NCBI RefSeq assembly: GCF_018977255.1
Contig: NW_024704742.1
Location: 74,960,001-75,024,000, forward strand
DNA from: Callorhinchus milii
Taxonomy: Eukaryota
Reading direction: 5' to 3'
DNA length: 64,000 bases
Position 1 is the stretch's first letter. Every line of letters starts with the position of its first letter. Shown in pieces: positions 10,326 through 23,199 of this stretch. The translations under genes were made by a program, and so were the position numbers. Below the pieces are notes generated by a model. That model saw only the letters and a program-made list of their open reading frames with translations, was not told the DNA's origin and made no database searches.

Positions 10326-12243
10326 TATTGCAGCCTTTTTCTCTCCTTGCTGTCACTTATTCTCTAATTTTCTCTTGAGCTTTTTTTCTATTTCTAATCT
10401 ACACTGTACTTATAGAAAATTGCTTAATTGACACCTGGTATTACTGGTTCACAGTCGTGCTGAGTGGCTCAATCAGTACCTGTACCCTCACATACAACAT
10501 TTGTTTTGTTTTCATCACATGCTTTACCTACAAAAAACAGTCAGTAGTGACAGTAATTACCTGTGAAACATTTTATTGTGCAAGCTCTTTCTTTATTACA
10601 GCAGAATTAATCTTTCACTCTTCTCAATATCTTTCAGAATTTTTAAGTCAGTTATTAGATCCCCTCTTCACTTTCTCTCCTCCAAACAAAACAGGCCCAA
10701 TTGTACAGTTGTATTTGAGGCAAGATTTGGGCAGGAGTTCAAGCTGCTTAGGACTATAAATGCAGTTTGCAAATTTGTTTCAACATCCTCACATAAATTC
10801 AATCATCCAAGAACATTTTAAGTGAAGGTTATTGTCATGTTCCCCGCATTTTTTTTACTGGCACCGCTTGCAGAGCTCTGCTCAATTTTGGTTAGTGTGA
10901 ATTTTTAACAGAAAGATGACTCCTGTTTCTCATTCCTGTTTACTGTGGAAAGTGTTAACAAATGACTTCCACTGATATCAAGTGGTTATTAATTACAAAT
11001 GGTATTGTCACATGTTGTATAGTTCACATTGAGAAGGGTTACAGGCGAACTTCAACTCCATTTAGATTGTAGCTTACCGAATAAAGAACAGATGACTCTT
11101 TACATATATTCTCTGAGTCTTGGAGCACGTTTATCCTATGAGACACCAGATAATTTAGCCAGTAATTCATCATCCCTTCGTTTTCTATCACTAGCTTCAT
11201 TTATACACACTGCACTTCTCCTGTGGGACAACCCTCTTTAATTCTGTAGTTTGTTCCTCCCTTAGATCTGGTAAATTGAAATGTTAAAAATATTTTTCCC
11301 ACATTCCTACTAGAATTGTATAAATTATGCTGAATGTACTTAAGTTCCGAGTTAGCCTCTGTGACTGTCTGATTCTGCTACCTGTTAACTTTCCTTGAAT
11401 CATCTAACTTTGGTATCTGACCCCTCTTGTGTGCCTTGGTTTCAATTAAGATATACTATGGGTAGTTTTTTTTATGAGCTGCAGGTTTTTAATGGTTGAC
11501 CCACTTTATTTAATTTGGGCCTGTTGCCAATAAATACAAGTTTACTGGGTTGATCATGTTAGCTTTATTTAAAAAGGTTTGATAAGAAATGTTTTTAAAA
11601 AAGGATTTGTGAGGTGCATTAGTTCGGGTAAATTTGCAAATTCAATGTGTGTTAAATCCAATTCCAGTTTATTTCCCATGCTTGTGTGTGGCCTTTAATA
11701 TGTAGTCATTCCTATTTAGCTGTATTTAACAATTGAAATCTCCAGTATCTCTCACATGTGAAGAAATTAAGTTGTCACAGCTTTCAGTTATTTTAGACAT
11801 GATAACTTTATTTTCTTTTGTTTACCCCATTCTTATATGAAATTTTCTTGTTTCCACTGTTTAAATGGATTGATATAAGAATGGTGTAAACCAATAAACC
11901 CAATAAATCTGTCTTTCTCAGATCATGATGTGTCTTTTGCATCTGCCCCTAACTGACCCTTTCAATTCCTTCCAGTTTCTTGCTTCCTTTTTCTGGTGCT
12001 GATTTTTTTTTCCTTCTTTCATTTCGATGGCATTAGAAAGAAGGCACAGGTAGAATTTTTCATTCTTTATACCACACAGTCATTAAAGGCCATTTCAATC
12101 GTGCAGTTTGTCAGGCGGAACCCACTAATGGAAAACGAAGATCCATTTGAAAATGAAACTCAACAATAGCTACATTCTATTTACATTTTAGCTTTCAATT
12201 TAAAAGCAACATAGTGATGTTAAATTTATAAAAGTTATTGGTT

Positions 12244-12655
12244 TTACCTACCTACCTGCCCGTACCCTCCGTTCCTCCGGCTCCGGTCTGCTCCACGTCC
12301 CCCGCCCCAATCGCCCTACTATTGGTGGTCGGGCCTTCAGCCTCTCAGCCCCGAGGCTCTGGAACTCCATCCCCCAGTGCCTTCGCCGCTTCCTCCCTTT
12401 CCTCCTTCAAGGCCGGTCTCAAAACCTTTCTCCTTGACCGTGCCTTCAGCTCCCCTCTCGACTCTCTTCCCCTTTCTCGCTCCCTCCCATCCCTCCCCTC
12501 ACCCTGACCATTTCCCCCTCCTTGCTCCCTCCCTTCCCTCCCCTCACCCTGACCATTTCCCCCCTGCTCGGGTCATGACCCAACTGTGCAGCGCCTTGGG
12601 ACGTCCTGACGTGAAAGGCGCTTTATAAATGGAATCTTGTTGTTGTTGTTGTTGG
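12244..12655 (+). mobile_element. Young L2 3' end with (TTG)n tail
   Basis: Nearly identical to about 49470-49877. Confidence 0.9.
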
Positions 12656-12814
12656 TTGGTCGCACTTGGAATACTGTGTGCAGTACTGGGAGTTAGACAA
12701 ACATTTACACGTGTAGGATTATTAGAATATCAAAAATGCTTTGCCACAAATGGCTGTTAGGCGAGGTTGTGATATTTAAGCCCTATGTCAGGACTTGGAA
12801 CTCATAGTCTAGGC

Positions 12815-14335
12815 CATTAAAAACCGCTATCATCACTCCCAACCTTAAAAAACCCTCCCTGGACCCTTCTCTACTCCATATCTCCAAACTCCCTTTTCTC
12901 TCCAAGGTCCTAGAATGACTTGTTGCTTCTCAGCTTTGCTCCTTCCTCTCCCGCCACTCCCTTCTCAAACCTCTCGAATCGAGTTTCCGTGCCACTCACA
13001 GCACAAAAACAGCTCTGGTCAAAGTGACAAATAACATTCTGCCCATCTGCGACCAGAGCTCTCTCTGCCTCCTCGTCCTACTCAACCTCTCTGCTGCTTT
13101 CGACACCATCGACCACTCTATCCTCATCCACTGCCTCTCACCTCAATCTCCACGGCGCTGTCCTTGACTGGTTCAGATCGTACTTCTCACACTGCCTGCA
13201 CTTCATCTCCTCAAACAGTTTCTCCTCTAACCCCCGATTGTCTCGTGCGGCGTTCCTCAAGGCTCTGTCGTTGGTCCTCTCCTCTTCAACATCTATATGC
13301 TCCCTCTTGGTGACATCATCTACAGACACGGGATCAACTTCCACATGTATGCAGATGACACCCAACTCTACCTCTGACTCCACCCTTGACTCCAGGACCA
13401 CTGCTGTGCTGACAGAAAATCTGTGAGACATCAAGTCCTGGATGAGAGCCAACTTTCTTCAGTTGAACGTCAACAAGACCGAGGTTCTCCTGATTGGCTC
13501 CTGTCAGCGCCTCCTCACCTCAGGCGCTGACAGCGTCACCATCCATGGTTGCACACTCCACCTCACTGAGCCAGTCTGGAACCTTGGGGTCTTGTTTGAC
13601 CTTCAACTATCCTTTCTAACCCACATCTGCGCCATGACCCACTCTGCCTTCCCGCAACTCTGCAACGCCGCCCGGCTCCGCCACTGTCGCACACTTCAGG
13701 CCACCGAAACCCTCAAACATGCTTTCATTACATCGAGGCTCGACTATGCAAACTCATTGCTTGTCGGCTTCCCCAACTCCTCCCTCCACAAGCTGCAGAT
13801 CATCCAGAACTCTGCAGCCCATGTCCTCTCCCACACCAGGCTCCATGACCCTATCACCCCCATCCTTGCCCAACTCCACTGGCTTCCCATCACACAGAGG
13901 ATACAGTTCAAGATCCTGGTCCTCATCTTCAAAGCCCTCCACGGTCTTGCTCCCCCCCCTACCTCTGCAACCTCCTAACCCCATCCTGTTCGCTCCCTCC
14001 GCTCAGTGGGCTCCGGCTTTCTTCACGTCCCCCGTCTTGCTCGCCCCACTATTGGCGGGCGGGCCTTCCACCACTCTGTCCCCACTCTCTGAAACTCCAT
14101 TCCGCAGTCCCTCCGTCTCGCCCCCTCCCTCGCCACCTTCAAGACCCATCTCAAGACCCTCCTCTTCGACTACAAAACAATACTGTGTTTTCGATCTCCC
14201 TGCTTCCCCTCCTGTTCTCCTCCCTCCCCCACCCTTATCCCCAGCTCTGGTCTGTAACTTTGTCTGTCTAGTGCCTTGGGAAGTCCTCCCGACGTGAAAG
14301 GCGCTATTCAAATGTAATTTTGTTGTTGTTTTTGT
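12815..14335 (+). mobile_element. L2 LINE, 5'-truncated, frameshifted RT
   Basis: YADDTQL, NFLQLNVNKTE, LHWLPITQRIQFKIL and (TTG)n tail. Confidence 0.92.
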
Positions 14336-14987
14336 TATGCTTCTGGAAGGGAACTACAAAAATTGCTTATGCGGCCTGGAGAAGTTTCTCAAATAGGGCA
14401 ACCGGCCCTCAGCATTCAAAAGGTTGGACCACTCTGGTCTAGGCTGACACTCTGGTGCAGTGCTGGGGTGTGCTGCATTGCTGAGGGTATCTTCCTTCAG
14501 ATGCTACATTAAATGTAGGTCCTGTCTGCCTGTTTAGGTGAACATTTAAGAACCCTTAGCATTACTCAAAAAGAGAAGGGAGTTTCTCCCCTTGTCCTGG
14601 CCAACAATACCCCAAGTAAAATCAAGTCATTAGTTTAATGGCTGTTCGTAGGACATTGCTGTGTGCAAATTGGTTGCCGTGTTAGCCTACAAAACAGTCA
14701 GGAAACTTCACAGTAAATCTTTCTTTGAGGGGTCCTACCAATGTAAAAGGCATTACATCAAATGCAAGGAGTATTATACATTATTATTAAAAGGGATAAA
14801 CATTTTAGAATAAACAATTTAAAAGGGCAAAACGTTGGAAATAGGGTTAGCTTCAGAGGAGAAATTGATACTTGCATAGGCCACTTCCTGTGCAATCATT
14901 TTTATGATTCTACAATTACAAACTGTTTGTCATAAATCAAAAGACATCACATGCGCACACTCATTCAGATGTTGTCTTATTTTGCAG

Positions 14988-15041
14988 GTTTTGTTCAATA
15001 TGGTTGTAGAAGTGCCCCGTTGGACAAATGCTAAAATGGAG
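14988..15041 (+). CDS. PPA2: PPA2 exon VLFNMVVEVPRWTNAKME
   Basis: Conserved VEVPRWTNAKME; tgcag| and |gtgagc. Confidence 0.97.
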
Positions 15042-15283
15042 GTGAGCATACTGTGGATGAAGGATGAACAATTTTCTTTCAACTGCTGTATTTATGTTTT
15101 ACAAAATGCATTAACAGTAACAAAACTGGCATTATACCCAAAAGAATGATTCTAGTGCATGTTACAGCTTTAATGGTCATTTGTTAAGGGGAGTCTTCCC
15201 ATCATTAGTCAGTGTTAAGAACATTTAACAAATCATCTGAATGTAGTAAATCAGAAGGTCTTAAGTAAATACTTAAATTTATT

Positions 15284-15581
15284 GGAGTCCTGTAGCTCAG
15301 TGGTTAGAGCACTCGCTTTGCAAGTGAGAGACCTGAGTTCAATTCCCGGCAGGGCGAAACCTTGGGCAAGTTTCCTTACTCCACACGCCTAAAAACAATA
15401 ATAAATTGGTCATTTTCAATCGACGACTGTCTGTGGGATATTGTTGTCCGCAATTGGCTGCCGCGTTCGCCCACAAATATACAGTCAATTCACTTTACAG
15501 TGTGTGTTCTGTGAAGCGCTTTGGGACGTCCTCCCGACATGAAAAGCGCTATATCAAATGCAAGGATTATTATTATTATTA
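15284..15581 (+). mobile_element. tRNA-Ala(TGC)-derived SINE, short subtype
   Basis: A-box tagctcagtgg, anticodon arm ctcgc-tttgcaa-gtgag, B-box gagttcaattc, L2-like 3' tail plus (TTA)n. Confidence 0.9.
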
Positions 15582-15746
15582 TGTAAATACTTAAGTAAAT
15601 ACTGTATTACAAAAGTACTCATGATTAATATAAAGACCATAGTATACTTTCAATGTCTACAATTTGGATCATATTTAATTATCACTCACCATAAGCATTT
15701 CTTTCAAACAAAGTGGGATAACATTATATTTTCTGATCTTTTCTAG

Positions 15747-15866
15747 ATTGCTACAAAGGATCCTCTAAACCCTATTAAGCAGGATATGAAAAAGGGGAAT
15801 TTACGATATGTTACTAATATCTTCCCTTACAAGGGTTACATCTGGAACTATGGAGCATTACCACAG
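15747..15866 (+). CDS. PPA2: PPA2 exon [40 protein letters not shown]
   Basis: Conserved PPase motifs; canonical splice sites; 120 nt. Confidence 0.97.
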
Positions 15867-17056
15867 GTTAAGAAAGGCCAAATATAATAAATATCCTTGC
15901 TCCTTTATTATGTGTGACCATTTTAGAGCTTCCCTGATGATTCCGTGTCTGGTTGCAATACTGAGCTACACAAACCTGGAAGGTCAGGGTTCAATTACCA
16001 GGTGTGCTCAGAGAACTGATAGGCTGGGTGACAGAAGGACTTTGAATTTGAATTCAAATGTCCCAGGATTTAAAATGGAGTAAATAAGCCAGAGCTTATG
16101 ATTGAATTTCTGGAAAGTGTCTGCATGTGGATTCTCCAGGTCTTTTTCTAATTTAAACTTTTCTAGGGTAATCCAAGTTGTTAGAGATGTGAAAGGTGAC
16201 ATAACAAGTACAAGACATTATTTTGTTCTTATAATCCTTTATTCAATTGAATTGTTGAAAATGTGCAGGCTTACAGGCCATTTCCCCACATTTCAATTTC
16301 CAAGAACCATCCCTTATTGGCTCCCTGGCCCATGACTCCCAAGACCACAGCCATCTTCAATTGCAAATCCCAAGGGACTGGAGTGACAGAGAGGAATTGT
16401 TGGATACCAAACTTGTGGTTGTCGACCCCATGTACACAGTTTCCTCATCTGTTATCTAATAGACAGTTGCCTTCATCTTGGTGGTTGGAGCTTTCCAAGA
16501 CAGCTTGTGATGTGCCACCCACATTGATGTTGTAGAAGTCCACGTCCAAAGCCTTGTACTAGGCTTACTTAGCACTGAAGGAGTTCCTCAAAAAAGGAGC
16601 TTGAAATTGTCCATGGTTTCCGGGATGATTTCATCCAATCTGCCATTGCTTTCAGAAACTCCATCTCGGAATCCCTCTGACTCCCTCCCTTCCTCACTTT
16701 GTTCAAGGTCTGTCTCAAAAGATGCAACTTTCTGATTGCATAGGTGAGACCTTGTTTTAACATCTCATGCAAAATGTGTTTCCTGTTTGGCAATAATGTA
16801 GAGTAGTAGGAATCTGTAAAAATACCATCCAACATTATAACTGTGTGTGATCACTAGCCAGCTTTCTTTCAAGAAGCTAGAGAGCTTCCTGTGGGCATTT
16901 CAGAATTTCTGTTAAGTAAATGTGCGGATCTTGCACAATAACTGAATCCGCATTATAACAAGATTTCATTGTATATTTGAAATTGCATCAGCTTGTCTTG
17001 TCTACAGATACCCCCGTTTAATTTAAAATTGATGCTAATAATGTTTTTCTCAACAG

Positions 17057-17143
17057 ACATGGGAAGATCCTCATCACAAAGATAAAACTACAAATTGTTG
17101 TGGTGATAATGATCCTATTGATGTCTGTGACATTGGATCAAAG
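17057..17143 (+). CDS. PPA2: PPA2 exon [29 protein letters not shown]
   Basis: Contains the family I PPase signature DNDPIDV; canonical splice sites. Confidence 0.97.
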
Positions 17144-17919
17144 GTTAGCTCATTCCTCGTGGTTTTGCTCTGGAAAATTGTGTGCATTATTGGTCATCTA
17201 ATTATACAATTATGTGATTGTCCTTAAGAAGCATATAGACTGTGACAGCATGGAAACAGACTATTCAGCCCATCTACTCTGTGCCTGGGTCTATACTCTC
17301 CTAATCCCTTCTTCTATACTCCTTTATTTCCTTCTTCCTCATGCATGCATCAAGTTTCCTATTCAATATGTTGATGCCAGGTTTTAGCCTGGTTCTACTA
17401 TTGTAGAATAGTGTTAAGATTAACTAAATTAAAGGTTAGATTGAGGAGTCATCCACCAGGTCACACACCTATCTGTTTGTCCTCCTTGGGAGAGCATTGG
17501 AGATACTGAAGAGCCTCCACAGATATAGCGTCCTTTGGGCTTTTATACAGAGCTGAAAGTTTTGAGAAATCAAAGGTTTTATAAGCAAGTTTAGCAGAAG
17601 GTGCAATTCAATTTGAAATCAGATATAATGAGACAAGGAATGAATCATCAAAGATAAGAGGATGTTATCTGTCAAATAAACTTCAGAGACATAAAGAATG
17701 CTGAAAAACGTGAAACAATCAAGATTTTCATTGCCTCTATATCAAAGGACATAGATTAGGTCTAGGGTTGGTTATTCAGCATTGAACTGCAAGAGGAATG
17801 CAGGTCAATACAGTGGCAAGATGTGATTTGATGGATTTAGAGTGAAATCATCAACAAGGGGAGGATACAGTTGGTCAGATATGGTGAAAATAATAGTAAT
17901 CATATTACAATGCAATTAT

Positions 17920-18450
17920 ACAAATTTACATTTATATAGTACCTTACACATCAAGAGATGTCCCAAAGCGCTTAGCAGTACTGGTGGAGCACTCGGGTTG
18001 AAGGCATGGACCGAGTGGGGAAGGTGGGAACCAAGGGGAGGTGGGGAGGGAAGAGATGAGTGAAATGGACACTGGAAGAGGTCTTGAGATGGATCTTGGA
18101 CAAGATTAGGGAGAGAATAAGTAGGATGGAGTTCCAGAGAATGGAGGCAGGAAGGCTGAAAGCCTGATGGTCAATGGTGGGGTGGTTAGGGTGGGGGACA
18201 TAAAGCAGGCTAAGCAAAAGGAGCAGCCAGGTCAGTAGGGTATGAAGGAGGTCACAGAGGTAGAGACTGTGGAGGGATATAAAATTGAGAACGAGGATCT
18301 TGAACCCAGTCTGCTAAACAAAGTGCGGCTGCTGCTGGTGGTGGAAATGGTAGAGTACAGTGGAGGGAAATTGCTTGCCAAGATTGCTGAGGTTAGAGAC
18401 CGAGAAGAAAACTGAGCCAAGGACGCCACCTTTATCTTTAACAGAGTTGA
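17920..18450 (-). mobile_element. Old L2 fragment
   Basis: TIDHQAFSL.A..LWNS..HLKT and GGVLGSV segments; L2-type tail. Confidence 0.7.
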
Positions 18451-18740
18451 ATTCTGAACCATCAGGATAGTAAGTTGGTAGAAAGGAGAGTTTCTGACAG
18501 TTTTGAGTCATTTTGCCAAATGATCAAAAAGAAGAATTTCATTTAATTTAATGGCAGTATTTAACAATAAAATGGACAATGATGACAAAGTGAATATATT
18601 ATTAAAAATGACCATGAACTCAGATTTTTGTAGATTTTTTTGATGATTTAATATACTTTTGCATGAAGCTATGAACCTTAGACTTCACTACACACGTGAA
18701 CTTTAACGGTGAACTATTTATTCTTGTATTCTCCATCTAG

Positions 18741-18867
18741 TTGTGTTCCTGTGGTGAGGTAATTCAGGTAAAACCCCTCGCAGCTTTGGCTCTCATCGAT
18801 GAAGGCGAGATGGACTGGAAGATTATTGCCATCAACAAGGAGGACCCAGACTCAGACAAGTTTAATA
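18741..18867 (+). CDS. PPA2: PPA2 exon [42 protein letters not shown]
   Basis: DEGE-x-DWK metal-binding motif; ctag| and |gtaagt; phase 0 to 1. Confidence 0.97.
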
Positions 18868-21221
18868 GTAAGTTCAGCGGTGCACAAAAGTCACCCTTTG
18901 AGTGTGGAAGCAGCAAAACCAAACTAAAACAAGGTTCAGTTTCTGTGTTTTAGATGTGTCAGTCTAGCTCAGTTGGAAGCACTCGCACCTCTAATCAGAA
19001 AGCCGTGGGTTCAAGATCCACTTCAAACTCGTAGTATAAGCTGACAGTCCAATGCTTGGAGTGCTTGGGAGGGGGAGGTGGAGGTGCATTGTCAGAGGTG
19101 CCATCCTTTGGATGAGACTTTAATCAAGGTCCATTCTACCTGTTCAGTTGGACATTCAAGATCCCCTGGTACTATTCGAAAAGAGAAGCAAGTTTCTCCC
19201 AGTGTCCTAGCCAACAATCCCCCAAATAAGATTGGTCACTCACTTCATGGCAATTTGTGGGACATTGACTTGGCAGTCCTGTTTGCCTACAAAGCACTGC
19301 ACTTTACAGTATGTCCTGTGCAGCACTTTGGGGTATTCTCCCAAGGTGAAAAGCACTTTACCAAATGCAAGGATTATATTATTGTTATTAATAATTATTA
19401 TTATGTGGCTACCTCTTCCAGGATACAAGCATGGCAAACAAATAAAACACGTACTGTTGGCACCTCAAATGTCTGCAAAAAATTGTAAAATAATCTTTGG
19501 AACTATTAAAATTTAACTTCTACTTTGTCATGGAAATAAAATATTGTATATACTATGGAAGCATCTGCCAAACCTTATTTAAATTTAAGTGCATCAGGCA
19601 CGGGAGCACAGAACAGTCATTTGGAACTGCAGTATTTGCAACTGCATTAATTCACTTCCAGTATTTGTTTCAATGTAGGCAGGGATTTAATAATTGAAAC
19701 ACATATTCCTGACGTTAGTATGTCTCTGTAGCATCCTGATACTTGTGGAATGAAACCAGTATTCACCAAATGCTTCCAAATCCCATTTGTTTTCAATGCG
19801 AGTTACACAAAGAAATTTGTATAAGAGTTTTGTGAGTACTGTACAGTATTGTGGGCTTCAGATGGGTAGTATGTGTTCAGCTGTTGCTAACCACAGCTGT
19901 TTTTCAAAGGCTGTACTGTCTCAACAATGAGCTACATGATATGAAGACTTTGAATTGCCAACCATGGTATTTCTTTTATCCCCAAATGATTGAAGCAAAG
20001 AAGGCACTTTGTCTGAACTTGTCGGTTTATTTGTGCCAATAGGGGGTGTCGAGCCATGATCATTGCCTGTTGTGCTCAGCTGGAGAACAAATGGAGAGCT
20101 CTTTAATGTGAGGTTGTGAAAGAATCAGGGCCTGGATATCAAAATGAATACAATATGACTTCTGTGGATTTACAGGAAATCATGCTGAGAGTTTCTTTTT
20201 TATGTCTGTATGCATAACAATGTATATATAATATATAAATATGGGCATGATCCACGACTTTTCCACACTGATTTAGGATCTTCTAAGCTGTTTGAAGGGT
20301 CATGCTCTCGCCATAAACTCAATTACTTGGTTTAATACCATTTAACGGGAAATCTGGCCGTGTTTATTATCTTTATATATATCACAATTCTATGGAATTG
20401 TAAATGTATTGACTTTACAATTGTTAGATTCCCCCCCCCCCCCGCCCAGACATGGCAAATCGTAATAAATAATCCTAATAATAATCTTCACATTTGTAAT
20501 AGCGCCTTTCAGGTCCGGTGGATATTGTTCCAAAGAGCTTCACGGGACTTACAGAGTGGAGTGTGTAATTGTCGATGAACGCAGCAGCCAATTTGTGTCC
20601 CACAAACAGCCATGGAGTCGGTGGTCAATTTTATTTGGGGGATTGTTTGTTGGCCATGACACTGGGGAAAACTTCCTTCTCCTTTTGAATAGTACATGGG
20701 ATCTTTAACATTCACCTGAACAGGCAGACAGGACCTCGGTTTAATGTCTCATCCAAAGCACGGCACCTCCAACTATGCAGCACGCACCAACCATCACATT
20801 AGAGTGTCAGTTCAGACTATGGGAGTCTGTCCCCTCCTTCCCCATCTTCAGATCCTGAAGATCTACCTCTTTAGCGGTTACACTCCCTCCGGCTTGGCAT
20901 GGTGCTCCACCTCTTTCAAGCCTCTGAGACGCTACCCTGCATGAGGGACGCTATATAAATAAAGTTGTTGTTGAAGGCACTTATGAGGTGAATGACCAAT
21001 TTATCCTCAGGATTGTTATCCAGGATACCCCTCATGAGAGCCTGTGTTAATACTGGGGAAGTGCTGCAATGTCACAGATGCTGTTCTTTGGATGGGACAT
21101 TATATAATATAATTATCCTTGCATTTGATATATCGCCTTTTTACTTCGATATGTCTCAAAGTGCTTCACAGGATATATTGTAAAGCAATGTGATTGTATC
21201 TTTTGCTCACAGCAGTGAGCA

Positions 21222-21249
21222 AACCAACCCAACCCAACCCAACCAACCC
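21222..21249 (+). repeat. (AACCC)n microsatellite
   Basis: aaccaacccaacccaacccaaccaaccc seen directly. Confidence 0.85.
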
Positions 21250-21550
21250 AGGAGTGAGTGTCCAATTTTATTTGAAAATTTTATTTACTCATTTTATTTT
21301 TATATTATTCAAAAAGAAAAGGTTATCCTGGTATCTCCTGATATCCTGGCCAACAATCCTCCAGATAAAATGATTATTCACCTCACGACATTTTGTGGGA
21401 CCCTATGTACAAGCTAGCTATTGCATTTGCCAATCTATAGTCACTACATTTTAAGCATTCCCCTTTGAATCACTGAGACATTATTATGTTATAGATGCTA
21501 TATTAAATGCAAGGATTATCATTATCAATAATCAATGTTTTATTTATTAG

Positions 21551-21678
21551 ATATTGATGACATCAGGAAGTACAGGCCAGGCTATCTGGAGGCCACACTC
21601 AACTGGTTTCGATTATACAAGATTCCTGATGGCAAGCCAGAAAACCAGTTTGGTTTCAATGGAGAATTCAAAGACCAG
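21551..21678 (+). CDS. PPA2: PPA2 exon (N)[42 protein letters not shown]
   Basis: [16 protein letters not shown] motif; phase 1 to 0. Confidence 0.97.
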
Positions 21679-22346
21679 GTATGTTTTGTAATAAATCTAG
21701 GACATTTAGATTTGTCACAACCATAAACATGCAACTATTGAAAAGACAAGGGAGTTTCTGCTCCCCAACAATCCTCAAAATAAATTGGTTGTTCATTTCA
21801 TGGTTGTTTATGGAACCATTATTAAGTGCAGACTGGCCGCTGTGTGTCTACAGTCACTACACTTAACAGCAATGACCTGTGAAACTCCGAGACTTGTCAA
21901 CGTTATAAATGCTGCATTAAATGTTAGGATTATAATTAAGCGCCAGTTTGCTGCCCGACCCTTGTGTAAACAAACAGGTAATCCTGATGGTTATCTATTA
22001 CTGACTTGCTTACACTGTATATGCAGGGAAATAACCTTGTGCACTTCTTGTAATGTTTACATTCATAGAAAGAACTACAACACTATTGAATCAATCTCTA
22101 CACTTTCAACCATTTTAAGCATCTGTTATTAATTCCCCAAACAGGTTTAAGAAAAAGCTATTCAAATAGTGCTTCTATACATACATATGTATATTATAAT
22201 GTATATGTACAATACATCATAACTGAAGGAATTGTACCCGTTTAGGAAATTATAAAAATATTTGTTAATAAATTAATGCAAACCAGCCAGAGCCATTATT
22301 ATGTAATTTCGAATTGTAAAATAGTGTTCCCTCTATATGTTTGTAG

Positions 22347-22432
22347 GCATTTGCAATTGATGTGATTAAGTCTACTCATGAATCCTGGCAATCTTTAATC
22401 TACAACAAGACTGAGAGAGGTGAAATTAACTG
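22347..22432 (+). CDS. PPA2: PPA2 exon AFAIDVIKSTHESWQSLIYNKTERGEIN(C)
   Basis: Similar to vertebrate PPA2 AFALEVIKSTH..W; tgtag| and |gtaagt; phase 0 to 2. Confidence 0.95.
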
Positions 22433-22599
22433 GTAAGTTTCATTTATTTAACAGTGCTGAGTTGCATTCCTATTCTGGTATTCATATTTTTATCTTATTT
22501 TGGAAAAAAGTATTTGTGGTGGTATTCAACATTCCTCTATGTCTTAGATTTAGACGGGTATTTGACAAATATATCTCTGCATTATATTAAAAGTAGTTT

Positions 22600-22870
22600 T
22601 CCTCCCCAATTGGCTAGATAACACAGACCAGGTGACGTTTTGTGTGTCAAATTAGCTGAACGAAATTGGGAGACGTTGTTATTTACAGTTCCTGCTCTTA
22701 CTCCATATTGACTCATGAGGGGAAAAACCCAGGTTTCCTGTTCCTGGTTGCTATCCATATGACCTCTGCTTGATGGTATGGACGATGGGTGAAGGGTTCA
22801 GGCTTGGCTGTGAGTACCCTACTGATAATTACTGACAATGATCCCACATCAACATCAGGATGAGGCTTTG
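22600..22870 (+). mobile_element. Ancient AmnSINE2-like SINE relic
   Basis: gaggggaaaaaacccaggtttcctgttcctggttgctatcca..gacc..ggcttggctgtga resembles the AmnSINE2-like shark repeat as I recall it; a second relic lies at about 62930-63080 (-). Confidence 0.5.
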
Positions 22871-22884
22871 CGTGAGTCTAGCAT

Positions 22885-23199
22885 ACAATAATGATACTTG
22901 CATTTGATATAGTGCTTTTCACATCTTCTAGACGTCTCAAAGCGCTTCACAGAATATACTGTAAAGTGAATTGACTATGTATTTGTGGGCGAAACGCTGC
23001 AGCTTTGCACACAGCAGTGTCCCACAAACAGATGTGGATTGAGTGATCAAATTGTTATTTTATTTATTTATTTCCTTGAGGGATTATTATCAGGCGTGTG
23101 GAGTAAGGAAACTTGCCCAAGGTTTCGCCCTGCCCGGAATCAAACCCAGGTCTCTCGCTTGCGAGGCGAGTGCTCTAACCACTGAGTTACAGGACTCCA
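22885..23199 (-). mobile_element. tRNA-Ala SINE
   Basis: Reverse complement of the 15284 family. Other minus copies at about 90-215, 9210-9370, 24865-25210, 25757-25920, 29494-29786, 34261-34620, 39625-39905, 59315-59470, 61878-62145, 63160-63265. Confidence 0.9.

Noticed and set aside
15284..15360. tRNA-Ala(TGC)-like sequences (also near 30778, 52719 and others)
   Set aside because: No proper acceptor stem, and each is followed by the SINE body and L2-like tail; these are SINE heads, not tRNA genes.
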